Below are positions 14,389 to 29,090 of a stretch of DNA of 64,000 nucleotides, piece after piece; the first letter of the stretch is position 1; each line of letters starts with the position of its first letter. The notes under the pieces were generated by a model. That model had not been told where the DNA came from and searched no databases. It worked only from the letters and a program-made list of their open reading frames with translations. Location: assembly GCA_013265495.1 (NCBI GenBank), contig MU058718.1, positions 2,170,001 through 2,234,000 of the forward strand. The letters run 5' to 3'. Source of the DNA: Vicugna vicugna. Its lineage: Eukaryota. A program made the position numbers and the translations under genes.

Positions 14389-15890
14389 CTGAAAGAAAAA
14401 AATGAATTTATTAGGTTATTAGTTTATAAAACTAATGAGAAATTAAATTTAATGCTGAATTAGTGTGTTACTTTAAGTACAATAATTCCTTCAATTTAAA
14501 CTGTTTGCAGTTTCATTAAATATAAATTTAATAATTACTCACAGTTACTTGGGATATTTTTGCTGTTATAAAATTAGTATCTAAACCATTTAAAAATGGC
14601 ATCAGATTTTAAAGCATTAATTTAAAAATAATCTCATGTGGACTTGAATTCAGTCGCCTCTACTAGGAGGAATAATATAGGACTATTTTAACATTAATTC
14701 AGGCAATCCTGAATTTTTCATTTTTATGATTGCTAAGCACATTTTCATTGACCCTTCCATTCCGAGAGTTATCAGGCTTTTATAATTTGCCTGGAAAAAT
14801 AATATACTTTATATAAATTTTAATTGATCCCTAATATTAACTTTAAGAGTTAAGGGAAATGTGTTTAAAACAATGTTCAATTTTATGAACATCTGATTAT
14901 CTATAGCAAACATTTCTTTCAAACATGACTAAGAAGAAAGATAGGGACTACCTATGCAGAGTTTCATACACTCATCATACCCTATCTTCTTAGAAAGTTG
15001 CATATTTACTATGCATACAGAACAACTCCCATAGTGAAATACTCGACAACTTTCCCCTAAAAAAAATTAGACCACCTTATAAAAACCCATCAGGTAAGGT
15101 ATAGCTATCTGTATCAAGCAGCTGGAATAGCTATCTATACAAAAGTAATCCCAGTTCAAATACATTTATACTCCAAATTAATATGATCTAGAAATTTATT
15201 CTAATATATTCTGTTTTGGGTCACTTTCAATAGTGGGAATCATAAAAAGTTGTCTGTCTTTGGAAATAATTTACACAAGGAAAATTGAAGGTAATGTGTA
15301 ACCTGTAACAAGCTATCTTTGTTAAGTATACACACAAACTACAAAGATTTTAGTTTGAGAAGCTTAAATATTAACATTCTCTCAGATTAAATAATAAAAC
15401 AGTTATATTTTGAAACCCCAGTCTGACCTTGAAATTACCCACACATCCAGGGGATTATGGTAGTTTAGGAAACAAAGCATGGAGAAGACAGATGAGTTGA
15501 ATAGTTGGCAAGTTTGTGGGAGAATTGGTCTGAAACCCAAGGTTCCTGACTCCCCAGCTTAGCACTTTCATTTTTGAGGTGAATCAGTACCGAAGCATTA
15601 CTTATTTCATGGAACTATGCTATCTATTCTCACCCCAAACAGCATAATCTACATTCAGTATTTGTGGATCCTATGAAACTACATCTGACATTTGCAACGG
15701 GACAAACAAAGGTGTTAGCCAGCAATATGGCTGAAGGGGGAGGACTGCTGGTTACTCAGTTCACTTCCTGTGAACTAATCTAACTACCTGATCGTCTATA
15801 AGGCGGCTAAGGCTCCCTCAACTACCGAGCCCTTCTATTTTGAGAAGTCTGCTGTGAAAAATTTTAGATCTCATTACTCATGAAACTTAC

Positions 15891-15934
15891 TTGTGTTTGT
15901 CAAGTTCAGTTGCACATCTGACTTTACATATAAC
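15891..15934 (-). CDS. GPR137C: GPR137C coding exon 2 (44 bp)
   Basis: Minus strand TTATAG|GTTATATGTAAAGTC...AAACACAA|GTAAG encodes VICKVRCATELDKH(K). Phase 0 start fits exon 1 and phase 2 end fits exon 3. Confidence 0.93.
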
Positions 15935-16218
15935 CTATAAAGAGAATAGAAAATTTTGAAAACATGTGTAATACAGTATTCTTAAATTTGTTTTGACTTT
16001 GTGTTTCAAAGTGATACAGCAACAAATAATAACAGATGGCAAGTAAAATTCAAAGTTAAGAGTTGGACTACCTTGAAGCAAAAAGAGGCAGGTTTCCCAA
16101 GGCTTAAAACCATAAACTAATAACCTTCTTTGCTATAATCTTAAACTTAAATTTCCATCTTTAAAATTTTAAACAGAAATAATCCAGTTTAAACATTCAT
16201 AGAACTTTATTTTTAAGC

Positions 16219-16308
16219 TTTTTTAAAAAAAATGGAGGTACTGGGGATTAAACCCAGGACCTGGTGCATGTTAAGTATATGCTCTACCACTGAGCTATTA
16301 CCCTCCCC
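16219..16308 (-). mobile_element. tRNA-derived SINE, Vic-1-like
   Basis: GGAGGTACTGGGGATTAAACCCAGGACC...CTCTACCACTGAGCTA, flanked by imperfect GAACTTT(T)ATTT TSD. Confidence 0.85.
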
Positions 16309-16499
16309 TGAACTTTTATTTGAGCCAGATATTGTGCTGGATGGCTTGCCACCTAGTCTAAATTCCATTAATCATGTTTTGTCTGAAATGGAACAACTTA
16401 CTTAAATATGGATATGGCTGAGTGTTCGCCAAATATTATTTCCCCCTAAGATGAAATGAAGTAGCAAAAGGAAACAAGGACCAAAAAATAAACACAAAG

Positions 16500-17270
16500 A
16501 TAGTGAACATATATCATATTTAGTAAACTTACTTCCTTCATAGAGCCTTGCAATAGGCAGGTCCTCAAATACTTGATGAATAAAGTCAAGCAGAAACGTA
16601 AGTAGAATTTGAAATAAACATGGTAACATCTGAGAACATAGTGTGGAAGGTCTCAATTCCTAACTGGTAAATTTGAACTTTATTATTCAGATAATGGGAA
16701 GATATTGAAGGTTTTTATATAGGCACTCCAAAATATGGAATTTCACTTATCTGGCATCTGTGTACAGGAAACTACAGAGAAACTGCAGACTAGAAGTAGA
16801 AAGACTAGTTATAAGACTATTGAAATAGAGCATGATCTTTCAGACTACTGAAATAGAGTATGGAATCTGGAAAGAAAGAGGCAAGTACAAAACATTATAA
16901 CGAAAACCAGTGTAAGTACTCAATAACTTACTGATTTCATTCATTTACTGAGCACAGGCTATGAAAGATGCCATGGATTCATAAATACAGTAACTGTTTC
17001 TGCTCTCAAGAAGCTCAGTGCATGGAAGAAGGAGACAAGCCAACTATTTTCAAACATTGTCATATCAATACAGAAGATGCTATCACAACATTTAGGAAGG
17101 GAGAAAGACTAATTCAGTCCAGGAGATGGTGAGAAGTAAGGGGAAAGGAGAAAGACTGTAAAGAGTCAGGGAGGACTTTTTGAAGGAAGTCACATTTGAG
17201 CCAAGTTATGAAGGGTAAATGAGTGTTAGACAGGTACATGCTCAGGCAAAGATGACAGCCTGGGCATCTA
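16500..17270 (-). mobile_element. Degraded L2 fragments
   Basis: TTCATTCATTTACTGAGCAC...GGAAGTCACATTTGAGC, typical antisense L2 3' region. Confidence 0.6.
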
Positions 17271-17544
17271 CTCATATCTATTGTATTTTGGTTAACAGTA
17301 CCACCATCTACCAGAAGCCAGTTGTGATAGAGGGTTCTAAAGTATTATCCCATTAGTCACTAAATTGTACCACTTAAATCATTCTCAGATGCATCAGATT
17401 TTTCTGTCTCTACTACTACAGTGAGTTATTACAACAGCCTTTTAATTGGTCTCTCTGCTTTCATTCTTTACTCCACCTATATCTTGAGAAGGTAACTGTT
17501 CATTTTACTACTTTTCCTTTATTCTCATCTCTCAACATGTTTTA

Positions 17545-18830
17545 TCTTAATTTAAAAATTGTACTAACATATATATGTATATATATATATGATAAAACTT
17601 ACTACTGTTTAACCCTTTTTAAGTATACATTTCAGTTGCATTGAGTGCACCCACATTGTTGGGCAACCATCAACATCATCCATCTCTTTAGAGCTTTTTC
17701 ATCCTCCCAAATTGAAACTCTGTATCCATTCAACTCCTTATTCTTTTCCCCTCCAGCCCCTGGCAACCACCATTCTACTTTCTGTCTCTAAGAATTTGAC
17801 TAGGTACCTCATATAAGGGAAACCATACAATATTTGTCCTTTTGTGAATGGATTATTTCACTTAGCATAAAGTCTTTAAGGTTCATATATGTACATCACT
17901 CATGTAGCATGTGTCAGAATTTCCTTCCTTTTAAAGGCTGAATAATATTCCATTGTATGGATATACCACATTTTGTCTATCCATTCATCCACTGATGGAC
18001 ACTTGATAGCTTCCACCTTTTGGATCCTGTGAATGATGCTGCTACAAATGTGTTTTATATATGAACATGTTCTATATATGATTGCAAAAGTCATTTGAGA
18101 GTAAGTTGTATACATTATGATGCCTCTTTATCCCTAAATACTTCAATGTATATTTCCCTGAAAAAAGTAAATTCTCTTATATAACCAGAATAATTACAAA
18201 AATCATAAAATTGATATTGATAAAATACCATTATCTAATCTGCAGACCTTTTTCAGACTTTGCCATTTAGTGTCCAAAATGCCATTTATGGGGGGAAAAG
18301 AATCCAGATTTATGTATTATACATAGAGTTTGTATATATTTAATCTCCTTTAATCTTTTTTTTCCCTTTGTCTTACATAATATTCAATTTGTAGAGTTCA
18401 GACCAGTGATTCTGAAGAATGCTTCTCAGTCTGGGATTATTGGATGTTGCCTCATGATTAGATTTGGAATATGCATTTTGGTAGAAATGGTGGTGCTGCA
18501 TTCTTCTTAGTGCTTTATGTCAGGAGGATCATGATGTTGACTTGCCCATTACTGTGATATTAACTTTGATCATTGGTTAAGATGGTATCTACCAGGTTTC
18601 TCCACTCTTAAGTTACTGTTTTTCCCACTGTTAATAGTGTCATATGGAAAGACATTTAGAGACTAGTAACTATCTTTCATTCTTCACACTTTCATACACT
18701 AGTTTTAGCATCTACCAATAATTCTTTGTATGACTGAGCTATTATGCTGTATATCAGAAACTGACACAACATTGTAAACTGACTATACTTCATAAAAAAA
18801 TTCTTGCCTGAATAAATTATTATTATGATG
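17545..18830 (-). mobile_element. Old L1 3' regions (L1MB-like then L1MC-like) with a ~72-bp younger L1 tail at 18729-18800
   Basis: ORF 17900-18115 (KCPSVDEWIDKMWYIHTMEYYSAFKRKEILTHAT) is the ORF2p end; the nested tail reads GACACAACATTGTAAACTGACTATACTTCATAAAAAAA. Confidence 0.8.
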
Positions 18831-21478
18831 GAGCACCTTCTTTTTAAAAGTAAATCTGATCATATTACTCCAAGAAAAAGCCCACACTCTTGATGCATAA
18901 AGGTCTTTTATCATCTAGCAGCTCCACCTTCCCATCATTGTATCCTTTTATCCCATCTTCAATCTTATGGTTTGCTCATTCTCAATTACTGACAACTTTC
19001 AAATAAGGGGTTCAATTTCACATCTCCATGCCTTTGCACATGTTTTTACTTTACCTGAAATATGATTTCATGGCCATATAACAAATTCCAACTCATCCTT
19101 CAATCCTTTATGTTGTCACTCTAAGTGCCTTAGAAGAGGGAAACCACTCTGTACCCTGGTATTACAAATCACACTCTATGGCATTTATTTACATTTTTAT
19201 TTCCCTCTGAGAGACTGTAACGTACTCATATTTATAGCCTCAGTGCCCAGCATAATGCCTGGTTCACAGTAGGTTTTCAGACAATGTTTGAATAAATGAG
19301 CACTCAATTTAGGTCAAAGCAAGTACTCTGGTATGATGTGGTCTGGGTGAGTATGGGACATATGACACAAGTTAAAACTGGAGGGGCCGGCAGTCATCCA
19401 ATCACAGGATATTGTATAAAAATGCCAAAGGAAATAAAACAAAAGGAAAAATGCCAAAGGATTAGGCTTTTAACTCCCACAAACCTGTAATATGATTTTA
19501 TGTTTGAGTGACTTCTTAGGTGACAGTGTAGACAAAGGATTAGAATGGTATAAAGAATTCCAGTTAAAAGACTGATATATTTGAGAGGGTCCACTCAACC
19601 TCATTCTCAAGTTTTAAATCTAAAGAACTAATAGAATGAGAGCCCCACTGACAAAATTTTTTAAAAAGTCAGGTCATGGAATTGATTATTAATTTTAAAA
19701 TTTATTACATACAAGCAGAAATATTGAGATTTGGAATATAAAAAGTAAATAACAGTCACTACAGAGGTGACAGCTGAAACTCAAAGTAGAGATATTTAGG
19801 GGCATAAGTGTTGGTATATGTACATAAAACTATGGCAGGCTAACCTGTTAGCTTTCAAGTAGGGTAAAATCTCAGACTTCCACAGTTTCTGATGTAATAA
19901 TCTGCTGATTAGAAATGAACTAGAGAGGGTGAAATGGTAAATGGAGGCACAGAAAATTTAAAATAATCTACAAACCACTCTTTGTTAAAATGAGAAATTT
20001 GGATGTAGCATGGATACAAACATTTTGATCTAGAGAGAATGGAGGAGAGGATTTGGCAGATGGATTCTATTTTTTTTTCTAGTAAAGTAGGAAGCAAGAT
20101 CATATCCTGAGAATGGATGTTAGATTTAAGCACTTGGAATATGGAAAACATTTGTAATCAAGAATGAAAGGTTGGGAAGCAGAGAGGTCCAGTTCAAGCA
20201 GGCAGTTGACAGTGGACACAGTCAGCAGGTTTCCTGATTTTAAAATTGAAACAATCTAACAGAAAAAATGGATGCCACTATAAACAGTTCAAATAACTAC
20301 ATGGTATTTTTCAAGTAATAATTTAGAACTGTAATATGTAGAACTATCGTAGCGAAAGAAAAAGTAGGTGAGTGAACCATATCAGCACAACAAAATCAAG
20401 GGATGAGGAATACTAGATTGACTATAGTTTCTAAGTGCATGTGACATCAGAAGGAAGCTAATGGAGTGGGGAAGACAAAAGGGGTAAAGTGAGTAAAAGT
20501 TAGGATGAGGGTAGAAAACAGATAAAGGGATGAATTTAAGAAGTATAAGGGGAAAGAGAAGAAACTGGTTGGAAAGAATTGCTTCATTTTCATGAGTTGA
20601 TCTAAGGTGTGGTCATGCTGTTGGGCAGCTCCAAAGAAATGGAGGGTTTTAGAGATCTGAGAAGTCACTGAATTGAGAGACACTGGATAGGTTACCAATA
20701 TGGGCTTTGAAAAAGATCTATGTAACAAAAGACTAGGCTAGAAGAAAGAAAGTGATGATTCGTTCACAAAAGTGGAAGTTGTTATTATTATAGCCAATGA
20801 TGATCTAATCAGATGGCATAGATTTCAGAAAGATGATGGTGGTGTAACATCAGTAAGTAGTACTGGGAAACATAAAATGGGCTGATTGTTCTTCCCACAA
20901 ATTGAGATGGGGTGTTTATAAGGCATGAAGCATCATCTGGAAAAAGCTAGATTTCAATGAAGATACAGTATTCAAATGAAGAAGAGAAAGGGGACAGGGT
21001 GGGAAGTGTAATCCATAAGGTCATGGGATGGGATAAATAATGGGTGTGAGAGGGAATTTAGCTGAATAAGGAAAGAATTAAAGGTCAAGTGTCATCTCAG
21101 ATTTGCAGACTGTTACAATGCAGCATATAAACACAACCAGGTACTTCAATCACAATTAGATTATAATAAGGTTAAAAACAATGACCTAATATTAGTAGAC
21201 TCCAAGTATTGTATAGAATATAGTTAACAGGACATGATCCTATTAAAAAATATGAATATCAAGAAATGTCAAACAATCATATATTATTTGTTAAGATCTT
21301 AAGAGTGAAGGATAGTTCATGAAGCATAGTTAACATGTGCTCTATGTAGATTTCCTGAAGTTTAGAATGGTAAATAAGAGACATCTAAATGATTGGCTGA
21401 TGTCAATTTATGTCAAAGGGGTCATATCTTTCTAGGTATTTCTTAATATTAGAAAAACTGAATAAGTGGGCCATTTTA

Positions 21479-23039
21479 TTTTTTAACTAAAAACTTTAAA
21501 ATTTAAGTGTAGTTAATGTATAGTATTATATTAGTTTCAAGTGTACAATGCAGTGATGCAAAATTTCTTAATAAATTATAATCCATTTAAAGTTATTGTA
21601 AAATACTGGCTATATTCCCTGTGCTGTATAACATATCCTTGTAGTTTATGTATTGTATACATAGTTGTTTGTACCTCTTAAAACTCTACTCATATCTGCT
21701 TTCTTTTCCCCTTGGTAACCACTAATTTGTTCTCTATACCTGAAAGTCTGTTTCTGTTTTGTTATATTCATTCATTTATTTTTTTAGATTCTATAAACAA
21801 ATGATAACATACAGAGTTTGTCTTTCTCTGTCTGACTTATTTCACTTAGCATAATACCCTCCAGGTCCACCCATGTTGCAAATGGCAAAATTACATTCTT
21901 TTCATGGCTGAGTAGTATTCCATTGCATATACATTCCACATCTTCTTTATCTCTGTTGATGGATACTTAGGTTGCTTCCATATTTTGGCTATTGTAAATA
22001 ATACTGCTATGAACATTAGGGTACGTCTATCTTTTTGACCTAGTGTTTTCACTTCCTTCAGGCATATACCCAAGAGTGGAATTGCTAGATCATATGGTAG
22101 TTCTATTTATTTTCTGAGAAACCTCCATACAGTTTTACATAGTGGTTGCACCAATTTACACTTCCATCAACAGTGTACAAGGGTTCCCTTTTCTCCACAT
22201 CCTCACCACTATTTGTCATTTGTGGTCTTTTTGATGATAGCCATTCTGACAGGTGTGAGGTGATATCTCAATGTGGTTATGATTTGCATTTATCTGATGA
22301 TTAGCAATGCTGAGCATTTTTCATGTGCTGGCTGGCCATCTGTATATCTTCTTTGGAAAAATATCTATTCAGACCTTCCCATTTTTAAATCAGGTTTTTG
22401 GGGGTTTTTTTCATATTGAGCTGTGTAAGCTGTTTACATATTTTGGATAGTAACCCCTTATTGATCATATCTCAAAATATTTTTCTTCCATTTCATAGAT
22501 TGTCTTTTGGTTTTGTTGATGATTTCCTTTGCTGTGCAAAAGCATTTAAGTTTAATTAGGTCCCATTTGTTTATTTTTGCTTTTGTTTCCTTTGCCTTAG
22601 GAGACAGATTCCAAAAAATATTGCTATACTTCATGTCAAAGAGTGTTCCTCCTATGTTTTCTTCTAGGAGGGTTTCCAGTTTTTATTTTATTTTTGTATA
22701 TAGTGTGAGAAAATGTTCTAATTTCATTCTTTTGCATGTAGTTGTTCAGTTTTCCCAGCAACACTTATTGAAGAGACTGTCTTTTCCCCATAGTATATTC
22801 TTGCCTTCTTTGTCCTAGGTTAATTGACAAGAAGTGGGTAGGTTTCTTTCTGGATGCTCTATTCTGTTCCATTGATCTGTGTGTTTGTTTTTGTGCCAGT
22901 TCCATACTACTTTGATGACTGTAGTTTTGTACTGTGGTCTGAAGTGAGGGGGTGTACCTCCAGCTCTGTTCTTCTTTCTCAGGATCACTTTGGCTATTTG
23001 GGGTCTTCCGTGTTTCCACAGAAATTTTAGAAGTTAAAC
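21479..23039 (-). mobile_element. 5'-truncated L1 with target-site duplication
   Basis: ORF2p-like fragments on minus strand (21891-22073); TSD GGGCCATTTTA at 21468-21478 and 23040-23050. Confidence 0.9.
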
Positions 23040-23634
23040 GGGCCATTTTAGGAGAATATTATTCTTTATTATAAAATCTGAAGAATTATATGGGTTGGTG
23101 AATACCAAATATTTTTCATCACATAACCTACCTTCTTGCCACATACAAACTATTAGCCCCTAATTTAGAAAATGCTGATTTAGAATTTTAGAATTAATGA
23201 AGATTTAAAACACTTATCACTAGCATACTTTTTTAAAAAAAATTTAACCCATTTATGAGTGATCTGAAATGATTTTTCCATATTATGCAGGCTTCCATAT
23301 TTTGTCTCCCTGTTTAGGTTCCTCAAATAAAAGAAAGAAAGGTGAAAGTATGACAAATGTATTTTATTTGTGAATGTTATCTAAGTTTAATTAATTCAGG
23401 TATCCCAAGATTTGTGGAAGAGATACAGTGGAGCTGTATATCATTTATTGTCCCCCATGGCATGCAGAACCATGCTGCCTGGAGACAGTAGGTACCAAAA
23501 TACTTTTAGAATGGATGCTTTTCTATAGAAGTTCTTTTTGTCAAGTTGACTTTCCCATGTTTGTTGGTTTGAAATGGAAACTTTATTGGAGAATATATCT
23601 ATATAAAATTTGAAATTGATGCAAAAATGAATTG

Positions 23635-23689
23635 TGGTGAACATAATCTCTTCTCCATGGTGAATATAATCTCTTCTCCATGGTGAATA
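23635..23689. repeat. 23-bp tandem duplication (~2.4 copies)
   Basis: ATAATCTCTTCTCCATGGTGAAT occurs exactly at 23643-23665 and 23666-23688. Confidence 0.9.
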
Positions 23690-24294
23690 GATAGGCATAT
23701 ACTTCCAACTATATAGGTTTCTTTCACAAGGCATTTTCCTTAGCTTCCATCTCAATTTAAATTCCTATAGAGAGTAGTGAGTGTACTGTTCCCAAGCTTG
23801 TCACTGCTATTGCTGCATATTAAAAAATAAGGCTTTTAGCTACTTTAACAATAAATTGAGTAGCCAGACTTTTCTCAGATGTTCTCTTTCAATGCCTAGC
23901 ATACATTTCACTTTTTAAAACTTTAAAAAAAATCTTCTGAATATTTTTTTCTTTATAGCAGCCTCTTCTTTCTAGGATACATAGGATACGATATGTTTTT
24001 GTCTCTCTCTTAGGGTGCTAACACTTTTTTAAAAAGTTTCTTCTCTTTGCTTAGTCTATTTTCTCTCAAGTTGCTTAAAAATGATTTTATACAAGTAAAT
24101 TGGGGTGTTTTGATTTACAATTCAATGAAATTCCAGGTTAATACCAAAGATACGTATCTAACTTTGTTCTTATCTGAAACTCCGCCAAAACAGTATTAAA
24201 AGGATTTTCTTTAAAGATATAAACCCAGAAGTTTGAGTGGACTGGGAAAGAATATAGTAACAAAATGTTGGAAGCTAGAAAGCAGATGGATATG

Positions 24295-24814
24295 TGTGCA
24301 GAAAAGAGTTATTATAGTATGCCTAAGACTGCTATCCTTAGAAAAGCCTGCTTGTAAGGCTGGTACTTGGTTGGCATTTGGGAACTTGGATTTTTGGGAA
24401 TATTCCCACCATTCCCAAAATGATAAAGGTATTTCATTATGCCTAGTCTGCTTGTGTAAAGAATATGGTTTATTCTCAACACCTGGCTTCCTTCTGGGAG
24501 CCTGGAATTTTGGTGTTATACAGAGTGCTTACATGACTAAGCCCCAATAAAAAACTCAGCACTGAGTTTCTAATGAGCTCCCCTGGTAAATAACATTTCA
24601 CATGTGCAGTTACAACTCATTACAGAAGCAATTAAGCATAACCTGTGACTTCACTGGAAGAGGACTCTTGGAAGCTTGTGCCTGGTTTCCTTTGGACCTT
24701 ACTCCATGTGTCTTTCCCTTTGCTGATTTTACTCTAACCTTGCACTGTAACAAACTGTGACCATGAGTGTAACAACCGTGAGTCCTCCTAACCAATCATC
24801 CGGGATCCCCAACA
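24295..24814 (+). mobile_element. Solo ERVL-type LTR, MER68-like
   Basis: TGTGCAGAAAAGAGTTA...GACTGCTATCCTTAGAAAAGCCTGCTTG, internal AATAAA at 24546, ends ...CCCCAACA. Confidence 0.75.
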
Positions 24815-26215
24815 GCAGTGTGATGAATACTAAGCCAGTAGTGAGGAGGACTGAGAATCAACCAGATACATATTTTGGAATCTTCAAAAGGTGCAGGAAC
24901 CAAGAGAACCAAGTATCACTGGAAATGAGAGGTGGAGGTGACTAAAATAGGGGTAGATAAAAGCTGTTAAAGAGCAGTTAAATCCCTAAATCTCTTTCCC
25001 TAGTCCATGCCCTGAAATGCCACTTACTCATCCTGGCAGATATCTGGGTGTTTATTCTCTGGAGATGCTACTCTGGCCTGAAGTATGAAAGTTAGATGGC
25101 AGACACAGTTGATAGTTTGGTATCATCCTAAAAACAGAGAGATTAGTTATGAATGCCAAGTAAAGGGATTTTCCCATGCCCAAACCCTCTTCCCTGACTA
25201 AGGTGTCAAAATGCTGTAGAGTAGACTTTTATTCTCTGAAGCAATAGAATATTTTTTGCCCTGAGAACTCTGATCAGCCCAAGAGGAAAGATCTAAATAT
25301 ACCAGCATCGGGGTTCCTTAACAAATTGTCCAGCCAGATCACCTACAGTGTGCACACACCTCACCCCACACACTTAGTTTCCATTCTTAATTATGAACAG
25401 ACAGCCAAGGATAACCAGATAGCTCAAAAGTTTTTAATAAAAGATAGAGATCACAACAAACTAATAGAAAAAAGAAAACTATACAGAAAGAAAAAACTAA
25501 ACAAACAAAAAACCCTATCATTAGCAGACTCAGAGAGATAAGAAAAGATACTGCACTCATGAAACAAAATGTTGTTAATAAAAAAAATTCAGAGAATAAA
25601 AAAGAGCGCACAGAAGTTAAACATGCCAGTAGAAATGAAAATGTCAAGAGAAGGGCTGGAAGTTGGGGAATCTCCCCCCAAAATAGAGCAAAAAGACAGA
25701 TGACAAAAAGGAGAAAAGAGGTAAGAAAAAGATCTGTCTTGGAAATCCAACTTCCAAATATTAGGAGATCCAGAGACACAGAAACAAAGGAGGAGAGAAG
25801 TCAATGAAAAATTCAAGAATGTTTTCCCAAAGGCATCAAGGATACAAGTGACTAAATTGAAAGGGCCTGTTCAGTGCCCAGAAAAATGGATAGAAAACAG
25901 ACCTAAATGAAGAGATACAATTTTAGAACACTAGGGTCAAAGAAAAATCTACTAGCTTTAAGTAAGGAAAAAAACAATTCACATTGAAAGGATCAAGAAT
26001 CAGAATGGCTTTCAAGCTTCAATAACACCACTGGAAGTAGAGCAATACCTTAAAAATCCTCAGGGAAAATTCTCTTCCACCCAGAATTCTGTAGCTGCCT
26101 AAACTATCAATCAAATATGACAGTAAAGTAAAAATACTTGATACAAAAAGCCTCAAAAAATTGCTTATCAAGCATTCTTTCTCAAGAAGGTTCTAGAGGA
26201 TTACTTCACTGAAAG
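24815..26215 (+). mobile_element. Ancient L1ME/HAL1-like 5' region and ORF1 remnant
   Basis: A-rich sense strand with decayed ORF1-like motifs (GATCAAGAATCAGAATGGCT, CACCCAGAATTCTGTAGCTGCCTAAACTATCAATCAA). Confidence 0.65.
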
Positions 26216-26223
26216 GTATGCAA

Positions 26224-26660
26224 TGCAGTGAAGGATTAATTCAGCAGGCCTGAGTTGTCTAAACCCTGCATATTCCAAAGAAAGATCTGGCTCTTGCTAG
26301 CTCTTGGAAGATAATTTCTGAATAATTGGAATATCGTGCCTGATAAGAATGTCTCTGTTTACCTAGCCATACTGGATAATTTATGCTGACAGTGTGATTT
26401 ATGCTGTAGGCCTGGGCCATGTGGTAACAGTTTGGCCTTCGAAGAGGCTGGAGACTGAGTAGTTATAGTCTGCCAGGAAGATGCTCCATGCTTATTGGAC
26501 GAATCCCCAATAAAAACCCTGGACACTATGTCTTAGGTGAACTCTCCTGGTCGGCAATACTTCGTAGGTGTGGTCACATGTGGTTGCTAGGAGAATAAGC
26601 GTTGTCTGTAAGACTGCTGGGAGAGGACAACTGGCAGCTTGTCCTGGTTTCTCCTGGACT
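26224..26660 (+). mobile_element. ERVL-type LTR, MER77-like, truncated
   Basis: TTAATTCAGCAGGCCTGAGTTGTCTAAACCCTGCATATTCC...CCCCAATAAAAACCCTGGACAC, visibly related to the LTR at 24.3 kb. Confidence 0.7.
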
Positions 26661-29090
26661 AAGGGAAACCTTAGAGATGTAATTCAATAACTTAATTTTA
26701 TAAATAAAGTTGTGCTTTAAAGATTAAGTGGACTGTTCAGGAATACACAGGAAATTAAAAAGATTAAAACCCAGGCGTCCTGACTCCTAATTCAAGGTTC
26801 ATAGAGATCCTGGTTTTCTTGGTTATATTTGTATGTTTAGATCTTTGATGGTACATAGTTCAATTTCCTAATTTTTAAGGAGACAAATATTTCTTTATTA
26901 ACAGTAGTGTCATCTATATGTCAACACAACTACTTTTAGTTGTTCAAGATTTGCAGAATTAACATGCCCAAGGAAAATATATTCAGGAACCAGATTATCT
27001 GTTCAGTAAAATGTAATGAACTAGCAACAGCTTAACACCTTCATTCTGTGTTGTTTTGCAGACTATCAAGTACTTTATCATACCCTTTACTTAAATGGAA
27101 GTAGATTTTTTTAAAAAAGCATAAATAACTAATTTTTTTAGGAATGAAGTATTAATTTTATAAGTGAGAAGGAAAATTGGTGAGCTTTCATTTTTGAAAA
27201 TTGCCCTGAACTATAACAGGTTACTGTGGACTGCTCATTGGTTTACTATGGACAGCTCTTTGAAGATAATTTAACATATCTTATATTAAGGAATATACAG
27301 AATTTATTTCTGAACTGAGAGTCTCATACATTAGAGATTTACACTCCTCAGGAAACTAATCTAAATTGAATTTGTGCTGAAACTGTGCTATCCTTAGAAA
27401 AGTTTTTCCAACACTAAATCCCCCATTGTATATAACTGATTTTTCATAAAGCCTTTCATGCTTTTCCAACTAGGAAGACAGCAGAATTACTTTTTGTAAA
27501 GATAGAGACAGAGAGCCAGATTCATTGGAGAATATTGGTCTGACAGATAATGGTGGGGGAAAAAAGGGCAGAATGTATCAGAATAAGTAATAGAATACCC
27601 CAGGGAAGAAAAAAGCAGAAAGAACACCACTTACTTTCTTTCTATCTGACTTCTTAAGGACAGTAACAGTTCGAACATAATCGGGTGATAAAGATCACGC
27701 ACGTTAGCTTAAAACCTGCTAATCTCATAAGACAAAAAAGTTCTCTAGAGTACACCGTATCACCTCAAACCAGCTCAGGTGGTTTGATCAGTAATTGGAC
27801 AAAGTCCTACACAATAGCTGAGGAAAGAGCACAGAAGTTTAAGAAAATATTACTTAAACATTTTTATTCTGAGAGACTGAAGCTGGAAAAAATTGTAGAT
27901 TGCAATCAATGTGCTAATGAAAAATGGCAGCTGTAACAGAATTTTTGTAAAAAGTTAGACCATTCAGATTTGAAATATCCAGCTACATCTTACCTTAGAA
28001 AGAAGATGATTCTAAATATTTAAATATTTATGTTCTAAACAAACTAAACTTTTCTTAGTTTTAACATGGTATGTGTAACTTTTAAAAACGGCATTCATAC
28101 CTTAGAGCTAGAATTCATAGACACTATATTAGATGTCAGAACTAGGTCACAAAGTAAGAAGAGTTTTTAAAAAAAAGAAACCCTTAGGTTCTAGATGCTT
28201 TATTAGTGTCAGACTATGGGAATTACAGATGTCTTAGATATCATTGCAACTAACAACTTTACAGATTAAACAACTGGCTCAGAAAAGTAGTGATTTGGCA
28301 AATAACAATCAACCAAGTAGAATAGAATTTGAGTCTCAGAATTCTAGATTCTCAGAATTCCAGCTCAGGACTACTGATGAAATTATACTATTTTAAACAG
28401 ACCAACAGATCCCTTCACAAAGTTAAAATAAAAAGATAACAAGGATACTTAATTTATAAATGTTGTTCTTTATTTAAAACAAATCAGATGCAAAGTTCTA
28501 CTTTGCTAAATTAGAGATTCCAATTTTATTTGTGCAGATGAAGAGAAGGAAACATTTCTTTTAAACTCCTTTATCATGAGTTTGCTCAACCATCCAAATC
28601 AGTAAGCACTGATCACATATGCAACTGCTGAAGAGCATGAAAAATTTCCTTCAAAACAAATGTACAATAGTGGCTGACCTAAAGCAATGTATAGTGTAGT
28701 AGAAGAAAGCAGACACTGATGGTGTATCACACGATGTATGGTACTTTCTTTACATTTGGTCAGATTTAGAACATGAATTTCCCGTAAGTTAAGGTATAAA
28801 TTACTTAGAGTTCACTGTAACTAATGTTGAAGGGTATTAAGTGTAACTTAGCTCTGTTAATATGGATATTATAAAGAGAAGATTGTGCTGATCTGTTTTA
28901 TTCCTCTAAAGAAGATAATATAGAAGAAACAGAAGAGGGAGAAGAAAATACAAATCTGTAGCCTATGGGTTAAATTTGATCCACAAAATATTTTGTTTGC
29001 CTTATCTGGTGTTAGCCAATGGTATTTCAAAACAATACTTCAATATCCTGTCATTATTTAAAAAACAGATTTCCCATTTAAAAAAATCCA

